64,000 nt of DNA from Eledone cirrhosa (lineage: Eukaryota). This document shows, one piece after another, positions 13,111 through 27,255 of the stretch (its first letter is position 1; every line of letters begins with the position of its first letter). The DNA lies in assembly GCA_964016885.1 (NCBI GenBank), contig OZ024740.1, forward strand, positions 89,094,001 to 89,158,000, in the 5' to 3' direction. Under the pieces are notes generated by a model. The model did no database searches and was not told the DNA's origin. It worked only from the letters and a program-made list of their open reading frames with translations. Made by a program: the position numbers and the translations under genes.

Positions 13111-13329
13111 GTGTACGTTGGGTTTTCTCTGGAGTAGTATTGCGGACGAACTTGGGTGTGGTTTATTTATGTTCTGTAGTGTATTGTCTACTGTTTTTTT
13201 TTTGTGTTCTTTGTACTTAAGTTTTTAGTGTTTTCGTTTAACCTTCTAGTATTGATCTTTTTTATGTGTTGTTCAAGGTTTAACGCTGTAGAGTATGACA
13301 GTCTTTATATTACAACACAACGGAAAATA

Positions 13330-13367
<38 letters not shown>

Positions 13368-13809
13368 CGTTTCTGAATTTGTTTAGCAAGATTCTTTATC
13401 TGAAATCGTGTGTTGAAACCGATATTGTTATACTTTGGGATGGTCATGTTGCCAATAAGAAACACACGCATCAGTTGCTTTCTCTTCAATTTATTATAAT
13501 AAATTTATAAATTTATAAATTTCTGGTTGGTTGGTTGGTTCCACAACCAGTTAGTTGTTTATATATAGTCATAGTTCTTTCTTTACACTCTGTGACCTCT
13601 TCAGTGACTGGGCATTCCTTTCTTTGTTTCTGTGCCTCTCCTTTGTTCTGTCCTACGCCATTTTGTTTCTGTGTGTGTGTCGTCTGCTCAGCCTGCGCAT
13701 GCGCCACATCCGGGTGTCTGTGTGTGTTTATGTTCATTTATTTATTTGTTTATTTACATGTTACTGGTTGGTTTTTTGTTCTATGTGTGTGTGTGTTTTC
13801 ATTTTGTCC

Positions 13810-16800
13810 TTAATTGTAAGTTGTGATTTTGCTGTTCCACTCATGTTTTCTATTTAATTTTGGTTGTAATTCTTTTATGTTTATTGCCTCTGTGATTTGT
13901 CTAAACATTGCGTCTTTTCTGTGTGTAGATTCTATTTTTATTTCTATCTTCTCTAATTTACCCTTGTGTTCTATTTTAGCATATAGGTAGAGTACAGATG
14001 ATTCTTTACTATCTTGAAGGTCTCGCCAGTGTTCATGTATCCGTTCCCCTACACTACGAGCTGTCTCACCTATGTACACTATATTTTTGTCTGTACATTG
14101 TCCTTCAGTAGATCTTATGCTATACACTACATTTCTAGTTTTACAGTTAATATGGGGGCTTATTTTACAGGTTATACATTTCTTATCTATACATGAGGGT
14201 CTTTGAGAAGGGTATGTCTTGCTAATAAGTGATTTTACGGAGGTACCTGGTCTTTCTACTATCTTAATTTTGAGTTTATGTTTATTTAGGGCCCTCTAAA
14301 TGTGTAAGCTAATTCACCTCTAGGGGTTGTATCGATGAACATTACACTCTGGTATTTATTGCTATAATACCATGAGTTTATTCTATCAGCCTTGTTCCTA
14401 GTTCTTTCTATTCTATTCCAAAATTTGCTCCTATACAAGGGGCAGTACCCATTTATGTCATTATTTACCATTTTTTCCCAATTGGTTCTGGCTCCTCTAT
14501 ACACTCTGATTTTATCTCTCTGATTGTAGCCAGAGAACTGCATACGGTGGATGAAGTGTTTTATGTGTCTCTCTAGTTCTTCGGGGTTGCACATGCGGGA
14601 CACATTTCTCATCACCCGTACTAAATCCTCAATCAGTATGTTGATTTCGGTATGGTCCGAAACGGCCGAGTTTCGGTGGATCAGATGTTTGGAAGTCATG
14701 GGTTTGGCATAATGGGAATGGAGGATTTGTTTTTTGTTATTAATGGTATCTAACCAGAGCTCTGTGTCTGGTACAGGTAATCGATGGTTGGGGTGTTTAC
14801 TTGGGTAGTCTATAGTAACTCTAATGCTCTGGAGGATGGAGTTAGCTATTTGCTGGATGCTTTCCATTGTTTTTTTTTTCTAGTTCCTGACTGTTCTCTA
14901 GTGGGGGTGTCTTAACTACGATGTTTATATCATCAACGTAGCGGGAGTACATTATCAGGGTTAAGGGGTCTTCTAATTGTTCTTTAAGTTTAAGTTTAAG
15001 TCTACTGTCCCACCATACCATGAATAAGTTAGCTATGTCGCCTGCAATGCTAACACCAATGGCTGCTCCTTCCTCTTGGGCATATGCTTTTCCATTAAAT
15101 TTGAACATATGTTCCTTAAGGGTTAATTTTATGCTGGCCCCTACCGCATGTGCAATCATTTTATTCAGTTCATCGTGGTTTTCGGGTGTCCGTATGACTC
15201 TGGTCCACCCGTTCCGTCTATCTGTGTGGGTTTTCTTGGCCATTGAGGTAATGGTAGGTGGTCTGCCTCTTGCTGGTTTTGTAGGGCACAGGTTGCTAAG
15301 GTCATATGTGTCTAGGTAATTATTACTATCAGTAAGTTTAAGTAGGAGTCCCAGCTCATTGGTATCAATCCCACGGAACTCAACATTGCTCTCACTGATC
15401 ATTTCTACGCATTTCTCTCCACAGCAAAATCCACGTCAATAGATGGATACAGGGACACAACATCCATACTATCTATTATGCAGTTTGTTAGGTCCCTAGA
15501 TCGGTTACTCACGCCGATTCTGCCGAGGAAGTCCTCTGTGCTGTCACATACATCTGGGGACATTTCAATGATGGGGCGTATGATCAGGGAGAGGAAGTAG
15601 GACAGTCTGTAGTTACTAGCAATGTTAGCTCCACAGACTGGCCGTGTTGGTGGTCCCGCGACAGGGTCACTGCCCGTTTTATGGTCTTTTCGAAGCCCAT
15701 ACAACGCCGGCACGTCTTTGTTCCAGGCCTGGAAGTTGTTGGCAGTCCTTTTGATGGGCTGCATTATATTCGTCCACATCACCATATGGGCATTGAGGGC
15801 TTTTTCTCTATCCTCATGCTCCTGTGGTGTTACCTCTCTTGTGTTAGTGATGTGAGGTTGCATTGCCTGGATGTAGTTTGGCAGGCTGTCAACCGACATT
15901 CTGCCAGACTTGTCTGTTGGAAAGCATGCTATCTCTCCATTACGCGAGCGCTGCATGAGCTTACGCAAGCCATTTGCAGATTTTTCTCCCAGTTGCTGGG
16001 CCTCCATTCTATTATGCTTCTTGCTATACTGTTCTATACTATTTCTAAGTTCGGATCTAGCTATACTAAATTGTGCTTCTGTTTGTTCATCGACTTGCGA
16101 CGGCAATTGGGTGCGTTTGTTAAATGGTAGAGTCGTGGCGTGGACCCGTCGCAGGTCGAACGATTTATCGGAGGGATTATAAAACGTAGAGTTCCAGGCT
16201 GCTGCTTTATATGTACTAGTGCTATTGTTATTGTTAGTTGTGTTGTTTCTATTTCTATTTCCACCAACAGCCTCATGGTTGTTTCTATGTCTCTCATAAT
16301 TACTCCTGTCTCTTTCCACTGGCTCATTGTTGTTATCTACCCTATTTTGTGTGTCCGTGTGTTCGTCTTGGTTATTTTCTTTGTCCTTAGTCTCCCTTCT
16401 CCTTTTAATCCTATGGCTTTCCCTTATTTCTGTGATTTCTGTGCTACTGTCATTACTTGTTCTCTGTTTCTGTGTGTTTGTTAAGATTGCGGTGGTGCTG
16501 GGAGGCATTGAATGTGTGTGTGTTGTTGTTGTTGATGTATGCTGTTGTTGATGTGTGTTGTTGTTGTCTCCGTGTGTGTTATTATTGTTGTGTGTGTTGT
16601 TATTGTTGTTTGTGTCTGCGTGTCTGTTGTTGTTGTTTCTGGGTATGTTATTATTGTTGTTGTTGTTGGTGTGTGTGTTGTTGCTATTGTTGTTTGTGTC
16701 TGTGTGTCTGTTGTTGTTGGGATGTGTGTTGTATATGTGTGTGCGTATATTGTTGCTTTTGTTTTTGTTTTTGCTTTTGAGGCTCCAGCGTAGTTTTGTA

Positions 16801-17549
16801 AATGATTTTTCTATTTCTGACAGACAACTAATCATATTTACCTTCTTGAATGTCGCAAATCGCGGGGGCAGACATAATACAGATAACTCATTGTCATCTA
16901 TTATTGTTTTGCCGTATATATTTGTGTTGTTGTTGTTGTTGAACTCATCCGTTAATGAGGTGTCGGCCATATTTATACCGTCAATTTTGTCGGGATATCT
17001 ATTGGTATTCTCTATAGTATCCTGATTTAGCGTTATCTGCTTAAGCCACTTTAGTTTCTTGTTAAAGTGCTTATCACATTCTTGAGTAATGTACTGTTCT
17101 TCAGGACGTATAAGGCTTATAAATATTAGTTTCTCTCTCGGTGTGGTGATCCTAGCTATTTCTTGTATTAGGTTTCGCTTATGTTTTTCTTGATGACTTA
17201 ATTCTCTATAGATCTTCTTTTTTATGTTTAGAATTAGTGTTCGTTTTAGCCTATCTGCTTGTTTTTTGGTGAGTTGTAATCTTCTTACGTCGGTGTTGAT
17301 GGTGTTGGTGTAAACTCGGGACGAGGCACATTCTTTTATGAAGTGTAGTTGTCGAGATGTTATGGTTTTTCGTAGACAAAAGAACATGGTGGTTTTCAGT
17401 ATCTTGTTAGCCTGGCTAAGGCTTACGATATTTCGTTTCTGAATTTGTTTAGCAAGATTCTTTATCTGAAATCGTGTGTTGAAACCGATATTGTTATACT
17501 TTGGGAGGGTCATGTTGCCAATAAGAAACACACGCACCAGTGCTTTCAC
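13810..17549 (-). pseudogene. PLE polyprotein split by frameshifts (ORFs 15405-17549, 14842-15402, 14286-14867, 13810-14127)
   Basis: PTDKSGR, LYGLRKDHK, PPTRPVC, DVVSLYPSI, GAAIG, RYVDD, HYAKPM; GIY-YIG VYIGETARSVGERIHEH. Confidence 0.92.
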
Positions 17550-17639
17550 TTCAATTTATTATAATAAATTTATAAATTTATAAATTTATAAATTTCTGGT
17601 TGGTTGGTTGGTTCCACAACCAGATAGTTGTTTATATAT

Positions 17640-17684
17640 AGTCATAGTTATTTCGTCACACACTCTGTGACCTCTTCAGTGACT
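17640..17684 (-). ncRNA. Minimal hammerhead in PLE pLTR (also 13567-13609 on minus, damaged; 18510-18554 on plus)
   Basis: AGTCA / CTGAAGA / g-GTCAC-agagtgt-GTGAC / GAAA / taac / TA / TGACT. Confidence 0.85.
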
Positions 17685-18683
17685 GGGGATTCCTTTCTTT
17701 GTTTCTGTGCCTCTCCTTTGTTCTGTCCTATGCCATTTTGTTTCTGTGTGTGTGTTTTCTGCACAGTCTGCGCATGCGCCACATCCGGGTGTCTGTGTGT
17801 GTTTATGTTCATTTATTTATTTGTTTATGTACATGTTACTGGTTGGTTGTTTGTTCTATGTGTGTGTGTGTTTTCATTTTGTCCTTAATTGTAAGTTGTG
17901 ATGTTGCTGTTCCACTCATATTTTCTATTTAATTTTGGTTGTAATTCTTTTATGTTTATTGCCTTTGTAATTTGTCTAAACATTGCGTCTTTTCTGTGTG
18001 TAGATTCTATTTTTATTTCTATGTTCTCTAATTTACCCTTGTGTTCTATTTTAGCATGTTGGTAGTGTACAGATGATTCTTCACTATCTTGAAGGTCTCG
18101 CCAGTGTTCATTTATCCGTTCCCCTACACTACGAGCTGTCTCAACTATGTACACTATATTTTTGTCTCTACATTGTCCTTCAGTACATCTTATGCTATAC
18201 ACAGAAAAGACGCAATGTTTAGACAAATTACAGAGGCAATAAACATAAAAGAATTACAACCAAAATTAAATAGAAATTATGAGTGGAACAGCAACATCAA
18301 AACTTATAATTAAGGACAAAATGAAAACACACACACACATAGAACAAACAACCAACCAGTAACATGTAAATAAACAAATAAATGAACATAAACACACACA
18401 GACAACCGGATGTGGCGCATGCGCAGACTGTGCACACAACACACACACAGAAACAAAATGGCGTAGGACAGAACAAAGGAGAGGCACAGAAACAAAGAAA
18501 GGAATTCCCAGTCACTGAAGAGGTCACAGAGTGTGTGACGAAAGGACTATGACTATATATAAACAACTATCTGGTTGTGGAACCAACCAACCAATCATAA
18601 ATTTATAAATTTATTATAATAAATTGAACTGAAAGCAACTGGTGCGTGTGTTTCTTATTGGCAACATGACCCTCCCAAAGTAT

Positions 18684-18734
<51 letters not shown>

Positions 18735-19024
18735 ATATTAACAAATTGAAACTATATTTATGAAACCATATTTATTTCATTATACATATTACAAGGGCTA
18801 CCAAGGCAGATTATGGTGCGCTTTCATTAGATAAAATATAATATAGATTAGTTCTATAAATACATATTGACATACTCTGAAAAATGTAAGCTTCACGGTT
18901 GGAGTCTCCCGGATAGTGGAGATATTAGATTTATTGTTTGTTTATTATGCAAATTAGTGTCGGAAAGGTATAAATAACAGTATATTTAAATTACGCCGTT
19001 AGCTTATATATATATATATATATA

Positions 19025-19509
19025 GTAATAATAATACATTTGAAGACTAAAATCCAAAGAGAGCTCGATACCGATAAATATATATCAAATATATAAGAAC
19101 CCTGGAGCCAATATTTATTAAAATAACATATTAAATTTTAAGCAAAGAATCGCTGCTTTCACCATTAACAGGATCTTCTGAAACTAAAAAAATCAATCTG
19201 TGTACGCAGAAGTAAATATTTCGAAAAACGTTGCAACCGATGGAAAACAGAAATACGATACTTTGCCTCGTGAAGACGTTCCTTGGCAATGAACTGAACA
19301 AAGCAAAGATAATACATAATTATGTGGAGCGGTGAGAACAATTACACGCAACCACAAAACCAAGTTTATGGTGCAAATGAAGTCGTAGACTAATATTCTA
19401 TTTAGGAAACCGAATGATTTTCGGCTTCAGAGTTAAGAATAATGTAAATAAGTTAGAACGAAAATGACAGAGGTTATTGAAATAAACAATAATTAAATAT
19501 ATACATACA

Positions 19510-19570
<61 letters not shown>

Positions 19571-19790
19571 TAAAATAACAGATTAAAGTTTAAGCAAAGA
19601 ATCGCTGCTTTCACCCTTAACGGGATCTTCTAAAGACCCCGTTAAGGGTGAAAGCATCGATTCTTTGCTTAAACTTTAATCTGTTATTTTAATAAATATT
19701 TGCTCTACGGTTCTTATATATTTGATATATATTTTCCTTATCGAGCCCTCTTTGGATTTTAGTCTTCAATTTTATTATTATTACTATATA
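19025..19790. mobile_element. Nested inverted pLTR remnants of the CAGAAGA-HHR family
   Basis: ~19025-19180 is the reverse complement of ~19630-19790; inner hairpin ~19565-19700; homologous to 8015-8160. Confidence 0.75.
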
Positions 19791-19799
19791 TCTATATCT

Positions 19800-20676
<877 letters not shown>

Positions 20677-22276
20677 GGTTGTTAGATAGATTACCAAATT
20701 CAGATAAGGAAACTCTAACGCAAATCAACAAACAAGCCCCACAGTTACATCCAAAATAAACTAATTCCAGCTCTAATCATATCCGCAACATGTATGTACG
20801 CAATAAAATCAGGGTATCAGATATACCTCTTTTCATTATTTTTAGATCTATTTCCAAGGATTTCACTCAAATGATTGACAAAATAATATACAAGATTATG
20901 CTGCATGATCAATTATTATCCTAATGCTAACCTCAAGAATAATAACGAAGTTAGTGTCAATTGCGGTATTTTTTCTTCAGTTTTGACTTTAAATTCAGCT
21001 AAGAGTAACTATTTATTTCATCGTTTCCTGTCTAGCAACAACAACAGTAACAACAATAAGAACAACCGCTTCGCAAAAACAACAGCAACAACACAGCAGC
21101 AGCAACAGCAAGAAAAGGATCGACAAATACAGCAATGATAACACAGCTCCTGTTTTGTAAGATAGCGGAATTTTTCTGAAATATATATTGTAGATGTTGA
21201 TTAACCCAAGATTACCCCTGATCATTGAGGTTGGTGTTAATTTTGCAGTTAGTTCTAGTGAATCCGATGCGTTGCAGGCACACTCATCATTTCTTATTTT
21301 CAAGTATCTTCTTTTTAAATCTATAATATCAAATGAATTTTCTTGAAGAAAGTGGAATATAACTTGCAGATTTTTTGGCACCTATTTTTAGTAAGTCAGG
21401 CGGTGATGTAAAGTCTTTTCGGTGCCTCGTTTGAATAATGCCCCTATATTCCATCAATGTGTTATATGTTTACAAGTTGGAATATATTTTATTTTGTTGT
21501 TACAACTCATACATGCGAAAATTAGCCGAGTTTCTATGGGGTTTTACTTCATATGGGATTTCGTGGATGATTTATTTATAAGGTCCCTAGACGTGTCATG
21601 CTACGGTCGCCTCCGCCACAGCTATCAAGATATAGACTGAGGAGGCGTGATGACAGAGTAGAAAGTACAAGCCACCTCGTGTATTGGTATAACAATTGAG
21701 CAATCCACTGTCCTGGAATAGCATATAAATTATTGGTCCCAAAATGAAGATATATGAAGTTAATATCGCCAAGGTTCTACCTAAAGGAAGAGAACAAGTA
21801 TGGCATAATATTTATTTATCTTTAAACGGAGCAATCATTTTGTGAATATTATAACTTATCTATGTTATTGAATAAAGTCTTTGTCATGCTTCTGAAAATA
21901 TATCTTCACAAATTGAAGTGACTAATTCTTAGAGAATTCAATTTACTTGTTAGAGATTAAGTTAAACGTGGCCCTTTGGCTATGAATTTGACGCCATGAA
22001 CACCCCAGCAAACGTTCAAACTAATGTACGTTGGAATGTGTACTGCTTTTACTAATATTTCTAAAGTTTATAAACGCCCGGATATCATGAACCAATCAGA
22101 ATGCACCAATGATGATTAACAAGTAATACTCTTATTTTTAGTAGATCATTTATTTTTGAAACATTTAAATAAAATATAATTATATCGGTCTCATAGTATT
22201 AGCTCATCTTCTGATTTCAAATCTCACCAACAGCGAAACCTAATTCACGGTACCTAGGCGCAACTATAAGAAACAT

Positions 22277-22420
22277 TGGCTGAATAGGTAGAGTGTCGGA
22301 CAAAATACTTTGCAGCATGGAGTTACGGCTCTTTAGGATCTGAGTTCAAATCCCGCCGAGGTTAACTTTGCCTTTCATCCTTACGGGGGTCGATAAAATA
22401 AAGTACCAGTGATACACTGG
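22277..22420 (+). mobile_element. tRNA-derived SINE (core resembles the MetaSINE domain, from memory)
   Basis: A-box-like TGGCTGAATAGG, B-box GTTCAAATCC, core GCCTTTCATCC...GGTCGATAAAATAAAGTACCAG; multiple copies in the window. Confidence 0.8.
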
Positions 22421-22739
22421 CATAATTGCTGGCCTTGTGCCAAAAGTAGAAACTATTATCATATTAAAATGCTAATCTTTCGTATTTTACTTCTGTTCAA
22501 AATCGTCAACATTCTAAGTATATGCTTAAACATATATAGCCCCAGACAAACGCATGTTATTCAATGTGATTTGTGTAACAGTTGTTATTGTATGTAGGTG
22601 CGTGAGCTAGCGATTATTGAGTAGGAGATACGATCACGAGGTTTTCAGTTTGATTAATAAATCAGGATACAGTTTTCTTGAGTAAAATATACTGTTGTAC
22701 GATATTTATTCTTCCATGAGTTGTAGGATGTTATTGTCC

Positions 22740-24000
22740 GTTGTGAATTATATTATTATTGTTAGTACCTTGGATATAATCTTACACTCTGTGTTTGGCA
22801 GATTTATAGGCAAGAAATTATCAATAACATACACCTTCCTCTCATCGTTACCCATTAGCGTTACTACGCTCCGACTTAGCTGGAAATTATCTCGTTCTGC
22901 TTCAGTTGCGGTAGACAGATTCGAGGACATCGTAAAACGCGCGAATATGACCATTCTATTCGGGTGATTTATTTCTCGCAAAGCTGCATAAGACTTCGCT
23001 TATTTCGCTTCTTCTGTTGAGAGCAATGGCGAGTCATTAAAGTATGTCCGCCAACAAATCCATACCCACTCTTGTGCAAAATGCTGCTGGAAAGCTACAC
23101 ATATGTTTGAAATTGAGCAACACTCATTTTCGTCCTTCAAACACAAATGATGCTTTTATAGCTTCGTTGCCCCTCTGCAACACTGGTCCACCAAATACCT
23201 TTCGTTTCTCCATGGCTGAAGCACGCGTCGTATCTTTGACATTGAAGTATATGGTATAGTGCCATTTTTGCAGACTGCACGACGTCTGTTGAAATTTCAA
23301 ACCTAAATCACCTCTTCTAGTTCAGTAATTAAATATCAATGTTTTATTTTTCTACTGCTACTTCTTTTTAAATACTACATTAATCGCTCTACTAAAAATA
23401 CGCACCGCTTTTTATTAACGATTGCCCCTGTCAACTGTTTCATCATTAATGTGCTAATCCGATTCGACACGTAAATATTCCACTAACTGGGTTCCAGTTT
23501 ACGAGTTCATCCTAAGTCAACCGTGCAGATCAAAATTTCGTGTATAATTGACAGTTGGTGGCTGTGGACGCCCTGCGCTTTTCCAATATATTATGCTAAT
23601 GGGAAACCAATATAAATACTTTTTAGAAGACTCTATGTACCATATCCACACTGGTGCATTCGGGAAATCTAACCGGTATCTGTTTTTGAGGATTGTGCAC
23701 CACATATTTCTCTCAGCTCTCAAAATATGCGTCTAAGACATCGGTCCCATCCTCCGCTATCCAAAACAGGTTTCGAGGCACCTGACAAAATCCAACAATT
23801 ATGCCCCAGTTAGGGCGTATACCACCACTAAACTAAAAGCGCCACCTTCGCTATGGTGCACATCTAGGATCATCACCTCATCGTCTGGGTCCAAGATGAT
23901 CGTCCGTGCCTCAATATGTCTAGCGTTCCTAAAAAAGTATTTCCACCCCACCTCCCATTTTAAGCTGACCAAAGGATTCGTCGACTTTAACATCGCCAAT
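22740..24000 (-). pseudogene. Decayed L1/Tx1-like ORF2, related to the element at 29380-35200
   Basis: NFLPINLPNTECKIISKVL, YRLDFPNAPVWIW and LDVHHSEGGAFSLVVVYA align with the ORF at 30729-33035. Confidence 0.8.
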
Positions 24001-24584
24001 AAAACTGCGTTGCTATCATTTTTGTGCTTTTTGCTTCTGATATAATTGTTGTGTTTGCAGTGGTGGTGGTGAGGGTGTTAGTAGAATTTGGTGTGTTTGT
24101 AAAATTTTATTTTTTTGTGTTAAATTTATTTTTAATGTTCATATGATGATGACGATGGTGTTGAAAATTTTAATTACGGGAAATTTATTTTATACTTTTT
24201 CCCGCGCGGAGGAGGTGGTTCTCTTTTTGCTGCTCCTGTTGGATACTCCTTTCAATCAGTTTTCCACCCAGTGGACAACTGGCTGCTTTATCAAGGGGAA
24301 GAAAATTTGATGTCTCCTATCTTATCGCTTAAGGGCAAATGAAGAGCGTGTTGGAAAACAACCACAGGTTTAACTCCTAAGACATACTGGAAAAGAACAG
24401 TAACTCGCTCACGAAGACACTGGTTAGTTTACCCATAACATAATGACAAATGTCCGATAAAAACATTGCATAATAATGGAAGGAAGAAATGAAAACTACG
24501 GGAGCAAAATACAGCACGTTTCGATAGATAAAAATAAACAAAACAATAATATTAATAACTGTTTCTACTTGAGGCACAAGGCGA

Positions 24585-24720
24585 GTAAATTGAAGGGAAG
24601 GGGAAAGGTGATTAAGTCAATCCCGGTGCGTGACTGGTAGTTTATTTTATAGCCACCGTAATGATGAAATGAAAAGCTAACCTCGGTGGGATTTGAACTC
24701 CGAACATAAAGTGACGTAAC
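24585..24720 (-). mobile_element. SINE copy
   Basis: Reverse-complement similarity to 22277-22420. Confidence 0.65.
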
Positions 24721-27255
24721 ATTATGCCGTGAAGAATGTAAACAATTATTCCGAATATTTCGTTATCCTTTCTATATTGAGGGATACATTAATTAATGGA
24801 TCCATTTTTAATGGAGTTTTGGTTGGTAAAAAGAGGGGTTGGAAATCTCGTGAAGGTTTCCTTACTTGTTAGATTATGACAACTTGATTACAGTTGGTTC
24901 TGATTAAGACAAAGACCCATGTGATTTTCTGGATATTGTGTCAAAGGTTTTTCAAGCTCTAAAGAAGGTGGACTGCGATTTATTTTTACGCGTCTAACAT
25001 CCTCATACGTCTAATGACTATCAGATCTATAATCATATGTGGTCTGTGAGTAAGTAGCATGGTTTCTAGCTGAATCCTATGCCATGAAAATGTATATAAA
25101 CTAACTAACTTCAGTAACACCATGTTAGACTGGGAAATATTTTAGAGATCTTGGAATATTTTAGAGATCTTGAATGCAATGGGTTCCTTGAAAGGTACCG
25201 CCAAAATATTTCAAATGTATACGAAAATGTCCAACCTATATGGACTTATTGGAGTTCTCTTCAGTTGTATCCGCTTCTGATTTCTGACGACCTCCAGAAT
25301 GCTCGATCAATTCGTGTAGAATCTTTTTGTTTCATTCTCTTTTGTTTCATTTTGTTTCTAATAGCAATGAAGTTCAATTGAGTAGGCTATCTTGTGTTTG
25401 TCTGCATATAGTGAAACCTCTGGCGTTCTTCTTCTTGATTTGGATTATGACTTTCAATAAGGATTCGGTGGAACACGTAGCGTTGCACTAGAAACGTGTA
25501 TGAAAAGTTTAATGCAAACAATTGTAATATAGATACTGGACAAAATCATCCGTAACTATATCTTGCGGAACAAAAACATCATCTTAATCCAACAAATTGA
25601 GGACATAAAGAAGAATAAATTATACATACATATAATTTGCCAATAAGAATCAGATCATAGCATGGGCTGAATTGCTCAATTGTTTTGACAGTGTTTTTAT
25701 ATGTAGATTACGGAAACATGATCAATTGGTTAAGTGAAATATATGCAGGTATATAAATAAATCATATGTAGAAAATAAAAAAAACACTTCTGCAAACAAA
25801 GCTATTTCTTTATTAAAAAGGTAAGTTTCTAACAGGCTCCTCGTCTCTTTTGGGACTAACACCTTTAATCATAATCTTTAATCAGACGTTATTCTACTGC
25901 AAATAGGGTGGGAATCAACCTTACTTTGTAAAATGATGAATTTATTTTATATGTTGCAAATGGTAAACATTAAGGTATATAGCTACACAACTTAAAGGCA
26001 GTGCGCATATTTATGACAAGTATTGATAAACGATTAGGATTATAAACATCTTCAAAGGGAAGCCCCAACACAGGAAAATTGAGAAATCTAATGTCATGTT
26101 AGATGAAAAAAGGGAACATAAGTGAATTATACTCCAGACAGAACAACAATACACTTAGATACTAATGAACTAGGCAGCGTTCAACACACAAACGATCGCA
26201 AATATTGGGATTCTATAATTCTATAATGAAGACACATTAATTTAACATTTAAAACAGAGCTAACTGTATATAAGGTAATAGGCGCCAATACCGTGGCTGT
26301 CTAGGCAATATGGCTTTGTTATAATATTCTCAACTCTACGCTATATGAATTAGGAAGACTAGACAGAAAAAAACAATGGTTGCATTTAGAATAAATAACC
26401 CAAAATCTGACGTAGAAAGATAATATTTAGTACGAATACCAAAAGAACTATTAAGAACAAAAAGAAAATCTATTATAAAAATGTCCACCGAACAGCTACT
26501 GAAATATATAGTGATGAGCAATAGAAAGTAATAAAATAGTCAAAAACACGAAAAAAAACCAAAACAAATAAACTATTTTCTCTCTAAAGAAGACAATAAA
26601 TACCATAGAAAGGTTGATGTAATCGACAATATAAAACAAACATAAATATGAAAAAATTGAAAACCAACCTAAAAATTGAGTTATAGAACAACATAGGTAA
26701 AGGACGGTAGAAAATGTCTCTAAATTGTCAATATCTGAAAGTCTGAACCCAGGCGATATTTATCAAAAATAATTATTACACCAGAAACTAAAATTTCGGA
26801 ATGAGTAATTAATAAAATGCAGACAAAATAGGAAATGACGGGACCTAAACATATTTGATTGCGGCACAATTTGAGAATTCTCTTCCACACTGAAACTGTC
26901 GGAATGTATTTGGCATTTTGGTTAATATATTTAAAAGTATCAAGTAAGCTAAAGGTCGAAATATTTAGTAGGATACTGTGGACAAGTATTAAAGACATGG
27001 AAGTGTACATTGCAATAATTTTGGGCAGATATATCCTATAACTATACAACATGGAAATCAATTTTCCTGAAGCTTACCATTAGTTAATTTCAGAATCTAC
27101 CAGTTTATAGATTAGGATAAGATGATGCCCTATAAATGATGTCAAGTCCTATGATTGGTAATATCCAGGCCTACATTAAATGCTAAAACCGAAATAAAGT
27201 TACATCTGAAAATGTAGAAGGACAATCAAGAGTATGAAGAAGGCAGGACAGCTTA

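Larger units (their letters stand above)
13363..18690 (-). mobile_element. Near-complete Penelope-like retroelement (RT plus C-terminal GIY-YIG) with tandem pLTRs and an extra inverted pLTR, inserted in (TA)n
   Basis: Direct repeats ~13363-14127 and ~17429-18202; inverted copy ~18200-18690; both outer ends merge into TA tracts. Confidence 0.93.

Noticed and set aside
16140-17025. Several plus-strand ORFs
   Set aside because: Antisense shadows of the low-complexity PLE ORF
21013-21480. 122-aa ORF as a host exon
   Set aside because: Partly a CAA/CAG repeat; the rest looks like decayed LINE sequence with no recognisable domain
25500-27250. A-rich block that may be an old LINE
   Set aside because: Too decayed to support a call by eye
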